DNA of 64,000 nt, taken from NCBI RefSeq assembly GCF_044339515.1, contig NZ_JBIIVK010000007.1, forward strand, positions 6,776 to 70,775, written 5' to 3'. This DNA is from Flavobacterium sp. GTDB taxonomy: Bacteria; Bacteroidota; Bacteroidia; Flavobacteriales; Flavobacteriaceae. Shown here in pieces: positions 8,603 through 17,863 of the stretch. Each line of letters begins with the position of its first letter. The first letter of the stretch is position 1. A program made the position numbers and the translations under genes. Below the pieces are notes generated by a model that saw only the letters and a list, made by a program, of their open reading frames with translations, did no database searches and was not told where the DNA came from.

Positions 8603-11035
8603 ATGATTAATAATTGGATTAAGATATTTTTATATCAACTCAAAAAAAATAAATTATTCACTATTCTCAATACATTAGGATTGAGTTTGGGAATAGCCGG
8701 ATTAATTTTTGCTATTTTATATTGGAATGATGAACAAAGTTATAATGCATGGAATCCTGAGAAAGATAATGTTTTTCAGTCAATTAATCAGGTTTCAACT
8801 GATGTGTTTTGGGCCAGTAATGTATCTCCTTTGGAAGCTTTTTTCAAAAAAGATTTTCCGGAACTAGAATCGTATTGTTATTTGGAAAATTGGTATTATG
8901 AAGAATTGGTTCATTATAAAAATAAAAAACAAATTCTTAAAATAACGGATTCGCAAAACACTTTTTTTGAATTTTTCCCTTTTCCTTTTGTAAAAGGAAG
9001 TTCAAAATCAGCGTTGAAAGACAATGCTAGTATGGCAATTTCTCAAGAAGCAGCAAACCGTCTTTTTGGTGATGAAAATCCAATGGGAAAAGAAGTACTT
9101 TATTCGGGAAGAAAAATCGTTATCAGAGGTGTTTATACAATTCCGGGAAATTCATCTTTGGAACCCGAAGCAGTTACTAATCTTATTGATCCAAAATTGA
9201 AAGAAAACGCCGATCATTGGGGCAACTTCAATCATGGATTGCTTTTGAAACTTAAAAATCCGGATGATAAGGACAAAGTAAGTTTGCGAATTGAAAAAAT
9301 TTTATTTGAAAATAGAGTTTTAAAATGGGCAAAAGAACAAGGATTAACGCCTGAGGAATGGTTAAAGAAAAATGGAGGAGAAAGCACCAAAATCATTTTA
9401 GAGCCATTAGCATCTGCCCGATTACATTCAATTGTTGATGGATATGCTGAAGGTAAAGGAAACTATCAATTTCTGCTCATTATGATGGGTTTGTCTGTAT
9501 TGATTTTGATTTTGTCTATCGTAAATTATATCAACCTGGCAACAGCCAACGCCATTTTGAGAGCCAAAGAAGTTGGCGTAAGAAAGATTTTAGGTGCATC
9601 AAAAAGTAATATTGTTAAACAATTTATTTTTGAAACGATAATAATTACAACATTTTCTATTTTATTAGCTTTAGTGATTGTAGAATTATCACTCCCGTAT
9701 TACAACGAATTTTTAGGGAAAACGCTACTCATTCACGGAAGTCAATTTTACATTCAATTAATTATCATTTTCATTATTGTTGTTTTAGTAGCCGGAATTT
9801 TTCCGTCAATTTATGTTTCTAATTTTGAAACATTAAAAGTACTCAAAGGCAACTTTGGACGAAGTAAAAGCGGTGTTTGGTTACGGAATGGCATGTTGGT
9901 TTTTCAGTTTGCCATTGCCACCTTCTTTATTGTTGGTTCTTATATAGTTTATCAGCAAATTAATTATTTAAATACAAAAGATTTAGGTTTTAAAGGTGAC
10001 CAAGTGCTTTCCATTCGATATAGAAACATTTATCACTGGTCCGAAAAGGACTATCAAGTAAAAATATTTAACAGGTATAACACCATAAAAAATGAATTAT
10101 CTAAAATTAAAGGTGTTGAGCAAGTGGCTACCGGAGCATTTGCATTTGGAGGTAATGCCGGTTCTTCATCAAGTTTTGAATACAATGACATCACCATTCA
10201 AGGTCAAAACATGGGAATTGATTTTGGAATGCTCGAAATGATGAAAATTCAATTGAAAGAAGGAAGATATCTTTCTGAAAAATTAGCATCAGACACTATA
10301 ACTTCAATGTTAGTAAACGAAACGGCCATGCGAATGATGAAGGAAAAAAATCCAATTGGAAAAGAAGTTGACTGGAATGGAAATAAGCTGAAAATAATCG
10401 GTATTGTCTCAGATTTTAATTTGGATGGACCTCAAAGCGAAATTCCTCCGATGGTTTTCTTTCACTTCAAAACAATCGATTGGATGCTCGGAAATGCAAG
10501 TAAAATGCATGTAAAGGTTAATGGTGAAAATATTCAGCAAACGATTGCAGATATTGAAAAATTTTGGCTAAAAAATGTAGATAGCGACTATCCGTTTGAA
10601 TATGATTTTGTAAACAAAGAGTATGCTCGAACGTATGAAACTTACGTCAAACAAAAAAATCTTTTCTCGTTACTCAATGTAATTGTGATTCTAATTGCTT
10701 TGTTCGGATTGTTCTCTTTAGCATCGTATTCCATCCAACGAAGAATGAAAGAAATCGCAATTAGAAAAACGTTGGGTGCAGAAACCAAAATATTGCTCAA
10801 AGAACTGTCTAAGCAATACATCGTTTTTTGCCTTATCGGATTTTTATTAGCACTCTTTCCGGTTTATTTTTTACTCGGAAAATGGTTAGAAAATTTTGCT
10901 TTTCGAATTGAAATTTCTTTTATACCATTCCTAGTCGGATTTATAATTCTAATGTTATTAACCTTGATCGTTGTGCTTTCCAAAGCTTACCAAGCTACTA
11001 AAGTGGATGTTTTAAACTATTTAAAATATGAATAA
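8603..11035 (+). CDS. ABC transporter permease (duplicated MacB-PCD/FtsX)
   Basis: Two FtsX-like repeats: RAKEVGVRKILGAS and RRMKEIAIRKTLGA. Confidence 0.92.
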   Translation: MINNWIKIFLYQLKKNKLFTILNTLGLSLGIAGLIFAILYWNDEQSYNAWNPEKDNVFQSINQVSTDVFWASNVSPLEAFFKKDFPELESYCYLENWYYEELVHYKNKKQILKITDSQNTFFEFFPFPFVKGSSKSALKDNASMAISQEAANRLFGDENPMGKEVLYSGRKIVIRGVYTIPGNSSLEPEAVTNLIDPKLKENADHWGNFNHGLLLKLKNPDDKDKVSLRIEKILFENRVLKWAKEQGLTPEEWLKKNGGESTKIILEPLASARLHSIVDGYAEGKGNYQFLLIMMGLSVLILILSIVNYINLATANAILRAKEVGVRKILGASKSNIVKQFIFETIIITTFSILLALVIVELSLPYYNEFLGKTLLIHGSQFYIQLIIIFIIVVLVAGIFPSIYVSNFETLKVLKGNFGRSKSGVWLRNGMLVFQFAIATFFIVGSYIVYQQINYLNTKDLGFKGDQVLSIRYRNIYHWSEKDYQVKIFNRYNTIKNELSKIKGVEQVATGAFAFGGNAGSSSSFEYNDITIQGQNMGIDFGMLEMMKIQLKEGRYLSEKLASDTITSMLVNETAMRMMKEKNPIGKEVDWNGNKLKIIGIVSDFNLDGPQSEIPPMVFFHFKTIDWMLGNASKMHVKVNGENIQQTIADIEKFWLKNVDSDYPFEYDFVNKEYARTYETYVKQKNLFSLLNVIVILIALFGLFSLASYSIQRRMKEIAIRKTLGAETKILLKELSKQYIVFCLIGFLLALFPVYFLLGKWLENFAFRIEISFIPFLVGFIILMLLTLIVVLSKAYQATKVDVLNYLKYE

Positions 11036-12329
11036 GAGGTTAATCATTTTGTTCTTATTTACTTCGAGCATTTTTGTGCGTGGCCAAGAAGTGTCTTGGT
11101 CACTGCAAAAGTGTTTTGAGGTAGCTTTGCAAAACAATATCGATATAAAAATCAAACAATTGGAGATTTTACGTTCCAAAAAAAGCTATACGAATCCGTT
11201 GTTAGAATTAGTTCCATCTGTCGGATTAACGGCTAATCATAGTTACAATTTTGGTTCTACGATTGATCCAAATACCAATGCCAGAGTTAGTTCTGATATT
11301 CAATGGGATAATCTTAGCTTTAATGCCTCTATCAATTTACTCGATTTTTCAAACTTAGCAACAGCCGGGAAAAATAAATTGGAAGTCGAATTAAGCAAAG
11401 CCGATAAAGAGGTGGTTGAGTACGAATATAAATTGCAATTGCTCGAAAAATATTTTGAAGTATTATACAGTCAGGAGCAACTAAAAATTCAACAAGAACA
11501 GTTCAAAAACACCGTTGATAATTTAGAGCGTATTCAAAAAGAAGTCGAAATCGGTAGCAAACCAAAAAGTGATTTGTATGATATGCAATTCAATTTTTCA
11601 TTGGAAGAAAATCAAATTTTGGTTTCCAAACAGCTGTATGAATACAAAAAAAAAGAACTTTTTCAATTGATGAACGACAATGAAACGAGTTCGGAAAACG
11701 TTTCGTTAGAACCTTATTTTGCATCAAACACAGTTGAAAATAATTTTGAAATCACTAACAATCCAAAACTAAATTTCGCTAAAATCAGTTTTAAAGCTTT
11801 TAAAAAAGACGTAGGAGTTTTAAGAGGAAATAATCTCCCTACTTTGTCTGCTTTTTACGGTTTTTCAACATTCTATTCTACTCCAATAAACACGCCTAAT
11901 GTTCCGGTGGATGATTTTCAAACACAATTTGACAACAACAAGTATCATCAGACCGGATTGCAGTTGCAAATACCCATTTTCACCGGATTCAAACAAAACC
12001 GAAGAATTGCCGCAGCAAAAATTCAAACAGAAAAAGCCAAATGGGAGGCCGAACAAGAGAAAATTAAAATCAATCAACAAATCGAATTAGAAAAAACTCA
12101 AAAAAATAATTATTTCCAACGCAATCAAAAACTCAAAAACTCACTTGAACTTGCTGAAAAAATGTTAACCACTTCGCAAGCAAAATTTCTAAGCGGAAAA
12201 ACGGATGCCGTAGTGTTTTCTGCCGTCAAAAACCAACGATTGAATGCTGAATACGAAGTTTTAAAAAATGATTTGTTGTTTCAATATACTTCCGTGAAAA
12301 TAAATCTGCTTACTAAAAATCAATTGTAA
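11028..12329 (+). CDS. TolC-family outer-membrane channel
   Basis: Signal peptide, SLQKCFEVALQNN, LQIPIFTG; last gene of the efflux operon. Confidence 0.9.
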   Translation: MNKRLIILFLFTSSIFVRGQEVSWSLQKCFEVALQNNIDIKIKQLEILRSKKSYTNPLLELVPSVGLTANHSYNFGSTIDPNTNARVSSDIQWDNLSFNASINLLDFSNLATAGKNKLEVELSKADKEVVEYEYKLQLLEKYFEVLYSQEQLKIQQEQFKNTVDNLERIQKEVEIGSKPKSDLYDMQFNFSLEENQILVSKQLYEYKKKELFQLMNDNETSSENVSLEPYFASNTVENNFEITNNPKLNFAKISFKAFKKDVGVLRGNNLPTLSAFYGFSTFYSTPINTPNVPVDDFQTQFDNNKYHQTGLQLQIPIFTGFKQNRRIAAAKIQTEKAKWEAEQEKIKINQQIELEKTQKNNYFQRNQKLKNSLELAEKMLTTSQAKFLSGKTDAVVFSAVKNQRLNAEYEVLKNDLLFQYTSVKINLLTKNQL

Positions 12330-12361
12330 AATTCAACATTCACTTTTTAACTGATTATTAC

Positions 12362-12411
12362 CACTGATCTCGGAAGCTTTCGGGAGCAACTGAACACTGC
12401 CACTGCCAACT
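12362..12411. repeat. Short hairpin core (CTCGGAAGCTTTCGGGAG) followed by CACTG-type short tandem units
   Basis: CTGATCTCGGAAGCTTTCGGGAGCAACTGAACACTGCCACTGCCAACT read directly. Confidence 0.5.
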
Positions 12412-12543
12412 AAAACTCTATCCCTCCATAAACATTTTCAATTCTTTAACTACTGTTTCTGTACTTTTCGTATTATCTTTGCAATCTAAACTCAGTATAA
12501 ATAAAACTGATTTTTTTTATAAAATAATTACATCCCAAAAGCT

Positions 12544-12576
12544 CCCCTCTCCTTTGGAGAGGGGTTGGGGGTGAGG
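12544..12576 (+). repeat. REP-like GC-rich palindrome, copy 1
   Basis: CCCCTCTCC-TTT-GGAGAGGGG-TTGGGGGTGAGG. Confidence 0.85.
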
Positions 12577-12588
12577 TAAAAATAATTT

Positions 12589-13734
12589 ATGAAACTCGAC
12601 AGAAAAGAAATATTAAAAGCCTTAGAAACCATTTCTGTGGCTGGTGAAGGAAAAAATATGGTGGAAAGTGGAGCAGTTAAAAATGTACTCACTTTTGGTG
12701 ATGAAGTAGAGGTTGATTTAGTTTTATCAACGCCGGCTTTACACATTAAGAAAAGAGCGGAAGTTGATATCATAAAAACGATTCATGATTTAGTTTATGA
12801 GAAAGCCAAAGTGAAAGTAAACATTAAGATTGAAGCTCCACAAAAACCTGAAAATCCAAATCTAATTAAAGGAAAACCAATTCCGGGAATCAGCAACATT
12901 GTTGCCATAGCATCCGGAAAAGGAGGCGTTGGAAAATCTACCGTAACCGCCAATTTAGCCGTTACTTTAGCTAAAATGGGATTCAATGTAGGGGTGCTTG
13001 ATGCCGATATTTATGGGCCATCGATGCCCATTATGTTCGATGTAGAAAATGAAAAACCAATCTCTGTAGAGGTAGATGGCAAGTCAAAAATGAAACCGGT
13101 AGAAAGTTACGAAGTAAAAATTCTTTCCATTGGATTTTTCACTAAACCCGACCAAGCTGTTATTTGGCGTGGCCCAATGGCTGCCAAAGCCTTAAACCAA
13201 ATGATTTTTGATGCCGATTGGGGTCAACTCGACTTCCTGCTCATCGATTTACCACCCGGAACAGGTGACATTCACCTTTCCATCATGCAATCGCTTCCTA
13301 TCACAGGTGCCGTTGTGGTGAGTACTCCTCAAGCCGTGGCTTTAGCCGATGCTAAAAAAGGGGTTTCGATGTTTTTATCAGAAGCTATTAGCGTTCCCGT
13401 GTTAGGAATCATCGAAAATATGGCTTATTTCACGCCGGAAGAACTACCAAACAACAAATATTATATCTTTGGAAAAGAAGGTGCCAAAAACTTAGCCGAA
13501 GATTTACAAGTGCCCATGTTGGGAGAAATTCCATTAGTACAAAGTATTCGTGAAGCTGGGGATTACGGTCGTCCGGCCGCATTGCAAACCGCAACACCAC
13601 TCGAAGGTGCTTTCGAAGAAATTGCCCGCAATGTTGTGCAAGAAGTAGTAAACCGAAACGAAAGTTTACCACCAACCGAAGCAATTAAAATAACCACAAT
13701 GGCCGGCTGTTCGGCTGTAAAAGGGAAAAAATAA
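12589..13734 (+). CDS. mrp: Mrp/NBP35 (ApbC) Fe-S cluster carrier ATPase
   Basis: ASGKGGVGKST, DADIYGPS, WRGPM, DLPPGTGD, ENM. Confidence 0.95.
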   Translation: MKLDRKEILKALETISVAGEGKNMVESGAVKNVLTFGDEVEVDLVLSTPALHIKKRAEVDIIKTIHDLVYEKAKVKVNIKIEAPQKPENPNLIKGKPIPGISNIVAIASGKGGVGKSTVTANLAVTLAKMGFNVGVLDADIYGPSMPIMFDVENEKPISVEVDGKSKMKPVESYEVKILSIGFFTKPDQAVIWRGPMAAKALNQMIFDADWGQLDFLLIDLPPGTGDIHLSIMQSLPITGAVVVSTPQAVALADAKKGVSMFLSEAISVPVLGIIENMAYFTPEELPNNKYYIFGKEGAKNLAEDLQVPMLGEIPLVQSIREAGDYGRPAALQTATPLEGAFEEIARNVVQEVVNRNESLPPTEAIKITTMAGCSAVKGKK

Positions 13735-13748
13735 AAATCCGCTTTCCT

Positions 13749-13778
13749 CCCTCTCCTTTGGAGAGGGTCGGGGTGAGG
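13749..13778 (+). repeat. REP-like GC-rich palindrome, copy 2
   Basis: CCCTCTCC-TTT-GGAGAGGG-TCGGGGTGAGG. Confidence 0.85.
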
Positions 13779-13793
13779 TAAAAAAAAGAAATA

Positions 13794-14033
13794 ATGACAA
13801 ACGAAGAAATTAGAGTAGAAATCGAAAAAGCACTAGACGAAATCCGTCCGTTCCTAAAATCAGATGGCGGCGATATTTCCCTTATCGATGTGCTCGACGA
13901 CAAACACGTAAAAGTGCGTCTCGAAGGAGCTTGCGTAGGCTGTAGCGTAAACCAAATGACATTAAGAGCCGGTGTAGAAACGACCATCAAAAAATATGTG
14001 CCACAAATCGAAACAGTCGAAAACGTAGCTTAA
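13794..14033 (+). CDS. NifU/Nfu-family Fe-S scaffold
   Basis: IRPFLKSDGGD and GACVGC (CxxC). Confidence 0.93.
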   Translation: MTNEEIRVEIEKALDEIRPFLKSDGGDISLIDVLDDKHVKVRLEGACVGCSVNQMTLRAGVETTIKKYVPQIETVENVA

Positions 14034-14040
14034 TTTTTTT

Positions 14041-14193
14041 GGGCGTGACCACAAGGGTCGGGCTATCCGCTCCAAGTCCTCGCCCCAAAAAAACAATTTT
14101 CTAAGGTCACAAAAAAGCTTCCGTTGGTTGCTTTTTGAGCCCAAGAAAATTTGTTATTTTGTGCTCCGGGCTTTCCGCTACTATCCCTCACGC
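14041..14193 (+). ncRNA. Structured intergenic element (possibly Flavo-1-like RNA or a repeat), copy 1
   Basis: GCGTGA/TCACGC terminal pairing, AAGTCC/GGGCTT stem, long hairpin with TTCCGTTGGT loop; homologous to 56112-56256. Confidence 0.6.
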
Positions 14194-14285
14194 AATCCCT
14201 GCCAACTGACAAATATCATATTCAAAAGAAAAAAGAACAACTATTTTCGCAAAGTAAAATTTAAAAACTATGTTACTCAGCGACC

Positions 14286-14325
14286 CAGAACCTCAGAGCC
14301 TCAGTAACTCAGAACCTCAGTAACT
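14286..14325. repeat. Octamer tandem array (five units)
   Basis: CAGAACCT CAGAGCCT CAGTAACT CAGAACCT CAGTAACT. Confidence 0.85.
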
Positions 14326-14332
14326 CAAAAGA

Positions 14333-15385
14333 ATGATACAAACCGACATACTCATCATTGGAGCAGGCCCAACCGGACTTTTTGCTGTTTTTGAAGCCGG
14401 ATTATTGCAATTAAAATGCCATCTGATTGACGCACTTCCGCAACCGGGAGGTCAATTGGCTGAATTGTATCCGAAAAAACCAATTTTTGATATTCCCGGA
14501 TATCCGGAAGTATTGGCTGGAGAATTGGTTAATAATTTAATGGAGCAAATCAAACAGTTTCAACCGGGATTCACACTAGCTGAAACGGCTGAAACGATTG
14601 AAAAATTAGAAGACGGTACTTTTATTGTAACAACCAACAAAGGCACAAAACATAAGGCAAAAGCAGTGGCCATTGCCGGCGGATTAGGAACTTTTGAACC
14701 CAGAAAACCCGCTATTGATAACATTTCTTTTTATGAAGAAAAGGGAGTGGAGTATTTTGTAAAAGACCCGGAATTGTTTCGGGATAAAAACATTGTTATT
14801 GCAGGTGGAGGTGATTCTGCTTTGGATTGGAGTATTTTTCTATCCAATGTTGCTCAATCAGTTACATTAGTGCACCGCAGAAATGAATTTAGAGGAGCGT
14901 TAGATTCTGTTGAAAAAGTACAAGAGCTAAAAAAACTCGGTAAAATTAATTTAATCACACCCGCAGAAGTTGTAGCGATTAATGGAAAAGACCATATTGA
15001 AAGCATTGTTTTAGAAAACGAAGGAATCCAACAAACTTTTGAAACCGATTATTTTATTCCACTTTTCGGTTTAACACCCAAGTTGGGAGCCATTGCCAAT
15101 TGGGGTTTGGAAATTGAAAAAAATGCCATCAAAGTGAATAACGCTTTAGATTATCAAACCAACATCGAAGGAATTTATGCCATTGGTGATGTAAACATCT
15201 ATCCAGGGAAATTAAAACTCATTTTATGTGGATTCCACGAGGCCACGTTAATGTGCCAAAGTGTTTATAGCCGTTTAAATCCCGGTAAAAAATACGTTTT
15301 AAAATACACCACCGTGTCTGGCGTTGACGGTTTTGACGGAACACGAAAAGAAGCCGAAAAAGCAGTTGTAAAATCGATTGAATAA
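14333..15385 (+). CDS. Ferredoxin-NADP+ reductase (thioredoxin-reductase-like, YumC type)
   Basis: IGAGPTG, GGQLAELYPKKPIFDIPG, GGGDSA; no CxxC; adjacent ferredoxin gene. Confidence 0.9.
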   Translation: MIQTDILIIGAGPTGLFAVFEAGLLQLKCHLIDALPQPGGQLAELYPKKPIFDIPGYPEVLAGELVNNLMEQIKQFQPGFTLAETAETIEKLEDGTFIVTTNKGTKHKAKAVAIAGGLGTFEPRKPAIDNISFYEEKGVEYFVKDPELFRDKNIVIAGGGDSALDWSIFLSNVAQSVTLVHRRNEFRGALDSVEKVQELKKLGKINLITPAEVVAINGKDHIESIVLENEGIQQTFETDYFIPLFGLTPKLGAIANWGLEIEKNAIKVNNALDYQTNIEGIYAIGDVNIYPGKLKLILCGFHEATLMCQSVYSRLNPGKKYVLKYTTVSGVDGFDGTRKEAEKAVVKSIE

Positions 15386-15394
15386 ATTATTTTT

Positions 15395-15448
15395 GTTCAA
15401 GTTTCAGGTTTCAAGTTTTTTGGCAACCTGAAACTTGAAACCTGAAAC
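15395..15448. repeat. Inverted heptamer arrays forming a hairpin
   Basis: GTTCAA GTTTCAG GTTTCAA ... AACCTG AAACTTG AAACCTG AAAC. Confidence 0.8.
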
Positions 15449-15456
15449 AAAAAACT

Positions 15457-15789
15457 ATGTCCCAAGACATCACCATTAAAATCACCGACCGAAAAGGAGT
15501 AAAACACGAAGTGCAAGCTCCAACCGACATGAACATGAACATCATGGAACTCATTCGTGCTTATGAACTAGCTGAAGAAGGAACCGTTGGTGTGTGTGGT
15601 GGCATGGCCATGTGTGCATCTTGTCAATGTTATGTTTTGAATGACGTAATTTCGCTAGAACGAAATCCGGATGAAGAAGCAATGCTTTGGGAAGCCTATC
15701 ATGTGAAAGAAAATTCCCGTTTAGGCTGTCAAATTCCAATTACTCCTGAAATGGATGGATTGGAAATTGAGATTGCTCCTGAGCAATAA
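15457..15789 (+). CDS. fdx: 2Fe-2S ferredoxin (adrenodoxin type)
   Basis: CGGMAMCASC...SRLGCQ. Confidence 0.93.
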   Translation: MSQDITIKITDRKGVKHEVQAPTDMNMNIMELIRAYELAEEGTVGVCGGMAMCASCQCYVLNDVISLERNPDEEAMLWEAYHVKENSRLGCQIPITPEMDGLEIEIAPEQ

Positions 15790-15870
15790 AGCATAAATTA
15801 TCGCTTTTTATTCTTCGTTGTAACATTTCTGCAAGTCATTACGTATAAGAATTATGTTTACTTTTATTGA

Positions 15871-16233
15871 ATGGAAAAACAACACAATCTGTTAGGACTA
15901 CACAAATTATTAACACTAAAAGTTTCAAAAGAAACATTATTAACTGATTTAGATAGTTTTGTTCACTTCACAGATCATCTACTCTTCCATTACAAATTAG
16001 AAAAAGTCGGAAATACAACATTTGTTTTTGAAAATGAAAGTTTTACAATTGCTTATTGTTTAAAAGAATCACATATTTGTATCCATACTTGGCCTGAAAT
16101 TAAAACCGTAACGATGGACATATATTTGTGCAATTATTCGCAAGATAATTCTAATAAAGTAAGAAGTATTTCAAACGACTTTATTACTTATTTTGGTGGA
16201 AAAATTATTAAACAAGTAGAAGTAGAGCGATAA
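15871..16233 (+). CDS. speD: Pyruvoyl-dependent S-adenosylmethionine decarboxylase family proenzyme
   Basis: LKESHICIHTWPE self-cleavage motif and DIYLC. Substrate not proven; some SpeD homologues decarboxylate Arg or Orn. Confidence 0.85.
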   Translation: MEKQHNLLGLHKLLTLKVSKETLLTDLDSFVHFTDHLLFHYKLEKVGNTTFVFENESFTIAYCLKESHICIHTWPEIKTVTMDIYLCNYSQDNSNKVRSISNDFITYFGGKIIKQVEVER

Positions 16234-16235
16234 GT

Positions 16236-17456
16236 ATGGAGTTTACTTGCACGAAATGTAATAATCATACAAAAATTGATACTGCGATTGAAGTAAAAAA
16301 CTTCGGTTGTCCTAACTGTGGTAGTTTATTTGATTTTGATGAAAAAGGTTTTAGATTTTCAAAAAAGTTTGACTACAATCCAATTACTAATCTTTTAAAA
16401 ATTGGGGCAAAAGGAGTAATTGACAATGAAACGTACGAAATAGTTGGTCTAGTTATCAAAAGAGTTCATTCAATCTATTATTGGCGAGAATATACGTTAA
16501 TGACTACATCGGGTAAGGTAAAATACCTTTCAGAATCAGATGGTCATTGGATTTTATTGGAAGAAGTTCCAGAGTCCTATGATGTTTCTCGCAAGTATAA
16601 AAAGTTAACGCACAAAGAGATTACTTATCATCTCTATGAACATACCAATTCTTCAATTGTTCGTGTTCATGGGTTTTATGAATTTGAAATACCAAACAAA
16701 CAGTTTAAAATTATTGAATACATTAATCCGCCATATGTAATTTCTATTGAGCAAATAAAAGATAATGAAACAACAACTTTTGGGAGACATATTACATCCA
16801 AGGAAATAAAAAAGATTTTCAATAGCAATGAAATGCCACAAAAATCTGGAGTAGGCTTGGTTCAACCTTTTTTATTCAATATTTACAATACAATTATAAT
16901 ATTTATTTCGTTTGCGATTTTAATCTTAACAACATTCATTATTTTTAATTTGTCAAGAACTGAACAAAATGTTCTAAACGTTTCGATTAACTTTGATGAA
17001 TATAAAAGTAAAGAATATATTTCACCATCGTTTGAATTAAAAGGAAGTCCAGCTCCATTAATAATTTCTGCTAATACAAGCGTTGATAATTCATGGGCAA
17101 ATGCACAAGTGTCGTTGGTAAATGAGTCAAACAATGAAGAAGAATATGCTCAAAAAGATATCGAATATTATCATGGCTACTCAGAAGGAGAGAGATGGTC
17201 AGAAGGAAGCAAGCGTACGACATTTAATTTCTGCGGAGTAGCTAAAGGGAAATATCATTTGGTAATCGTTCCCTCCAAACAAGAAACAGATTTTTACAAT
17301 CAGAACATGACTATTAATGCTGTTTGGAATGAATCTTCGGTTTGGAATTTTATGTTTAGTTTGGTTTCTTTAGCCATAATTTTTATACTTATTTTCTTTT
17401 TAAAGAAAAATTTTGAACAGCGAAGATGGGAAAACAGTGATTTTACACCTTATTAA
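16236..17456 (+). CDS. DUF4178-type protein with N-terminal Zn ribbon and two TM helices
   Basis: CTKC...CPNC; IGAKGVID..YEIVG...WREY...LSESDGHW; EDGKT-free C-terminal TM ending RRWENSDF; typical context next to DUF350 and spermidine synthase genes. Confidence 0.75.
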   Translation: MEFTCTKCNNHTKIDTAIEVKNFGCPNCGSLFDFDEKGFRFSKKFDYNPITNLLKIGAKGVIDNETYEIVGLVIKRVHSIYYWREYTLMTTSGKVKYLSESDGHWILLEEVPESYDVSRKYKKLTHKEITYHLYEHTNSSIVRVHGFYEFEIPNKQFKIIEYINPPYVISIEQIKDNETTTFGRHITSKEIKKIFNSNEMPQKSGVGLVQPFLFNIYNTIIIFISFAILILTTFIIFNLSRTEQNVLNVSINFDEYKSKEYISPSFELKGSPAPLIISANTSVDNSWANAQVSLVNESNNEEEYAQKDIEYYHGYSEGERWSEGSKRTTFNFCGVAKGKYHLVIVPSKQETDFYNQNMTINAVWNESSVWNFMFSLVSLAIIFILIFFLKKNFEQRRWENSDFTPY

Positions 17457-17463
17457 TAACAAC

Positions 17464-17640
17464 ATGAAACAGTATCTTTTAAATAATAAATGGGCCTTTG
17501 TATTAGCATTATTGGTTTATAGTCTATTTTTGGTATATTCATTTACAGGCAGTAGAATTTGCGATTGCGAATCTACTGAAAAATATAATTCAGGAAGTTC
17601 AAGAGGTCACAACACAGTTAATCGTTTTTATCACAAATAA
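17464..17640 (+). CDS. 58-aa single-pass membrane microprotein
   Basis: ATG at 17464 after the upstream stop (the track's TTG extension overlaps that gene); TM segment, CDC, Gly/Ser-rich tail ending FYHK. Confidence 0.7.
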   Translation: MKQYLLNNKWAFVLALLVYSLFLVYSFTGSRICDCESTEKYNSGSSRGHNTVNRFYHK

Positions 17641-17647
17641 GAAATAT

Positions 17648-17863
17648 ATGGAATTTATTGCATTAAAAGGCATAGTAAATGCACTTATTTTTTCAGTTAT
17701 AGGAGTTGTTGTTTTAATAATCAGTTATTACATAATTGAAAAAATAACTCCCGAAAACACGTGGAAAGAAATTGTTCAAAACAAAAATGTCGCTCTAGCA
17801 GTTGTTTTTGCTGCATTGATTATTGGTATTTCGCTCATTATCAGTGCCGCCATTCATGGGTAA
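17648..17863 (+). CDS. DUF350 (YjfL-like) two-TM membrane protein
   Basis: EKITPENTWKEIVQNKNVALAV...IISAAIHG pattern. Confidence 0.85.
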   Translation: MEFIALKGIVNALIFSVIGVVVLIISYYIIEKITPENTWKEIVQNKNVALAVVFAALIIGISLIISAAIHG

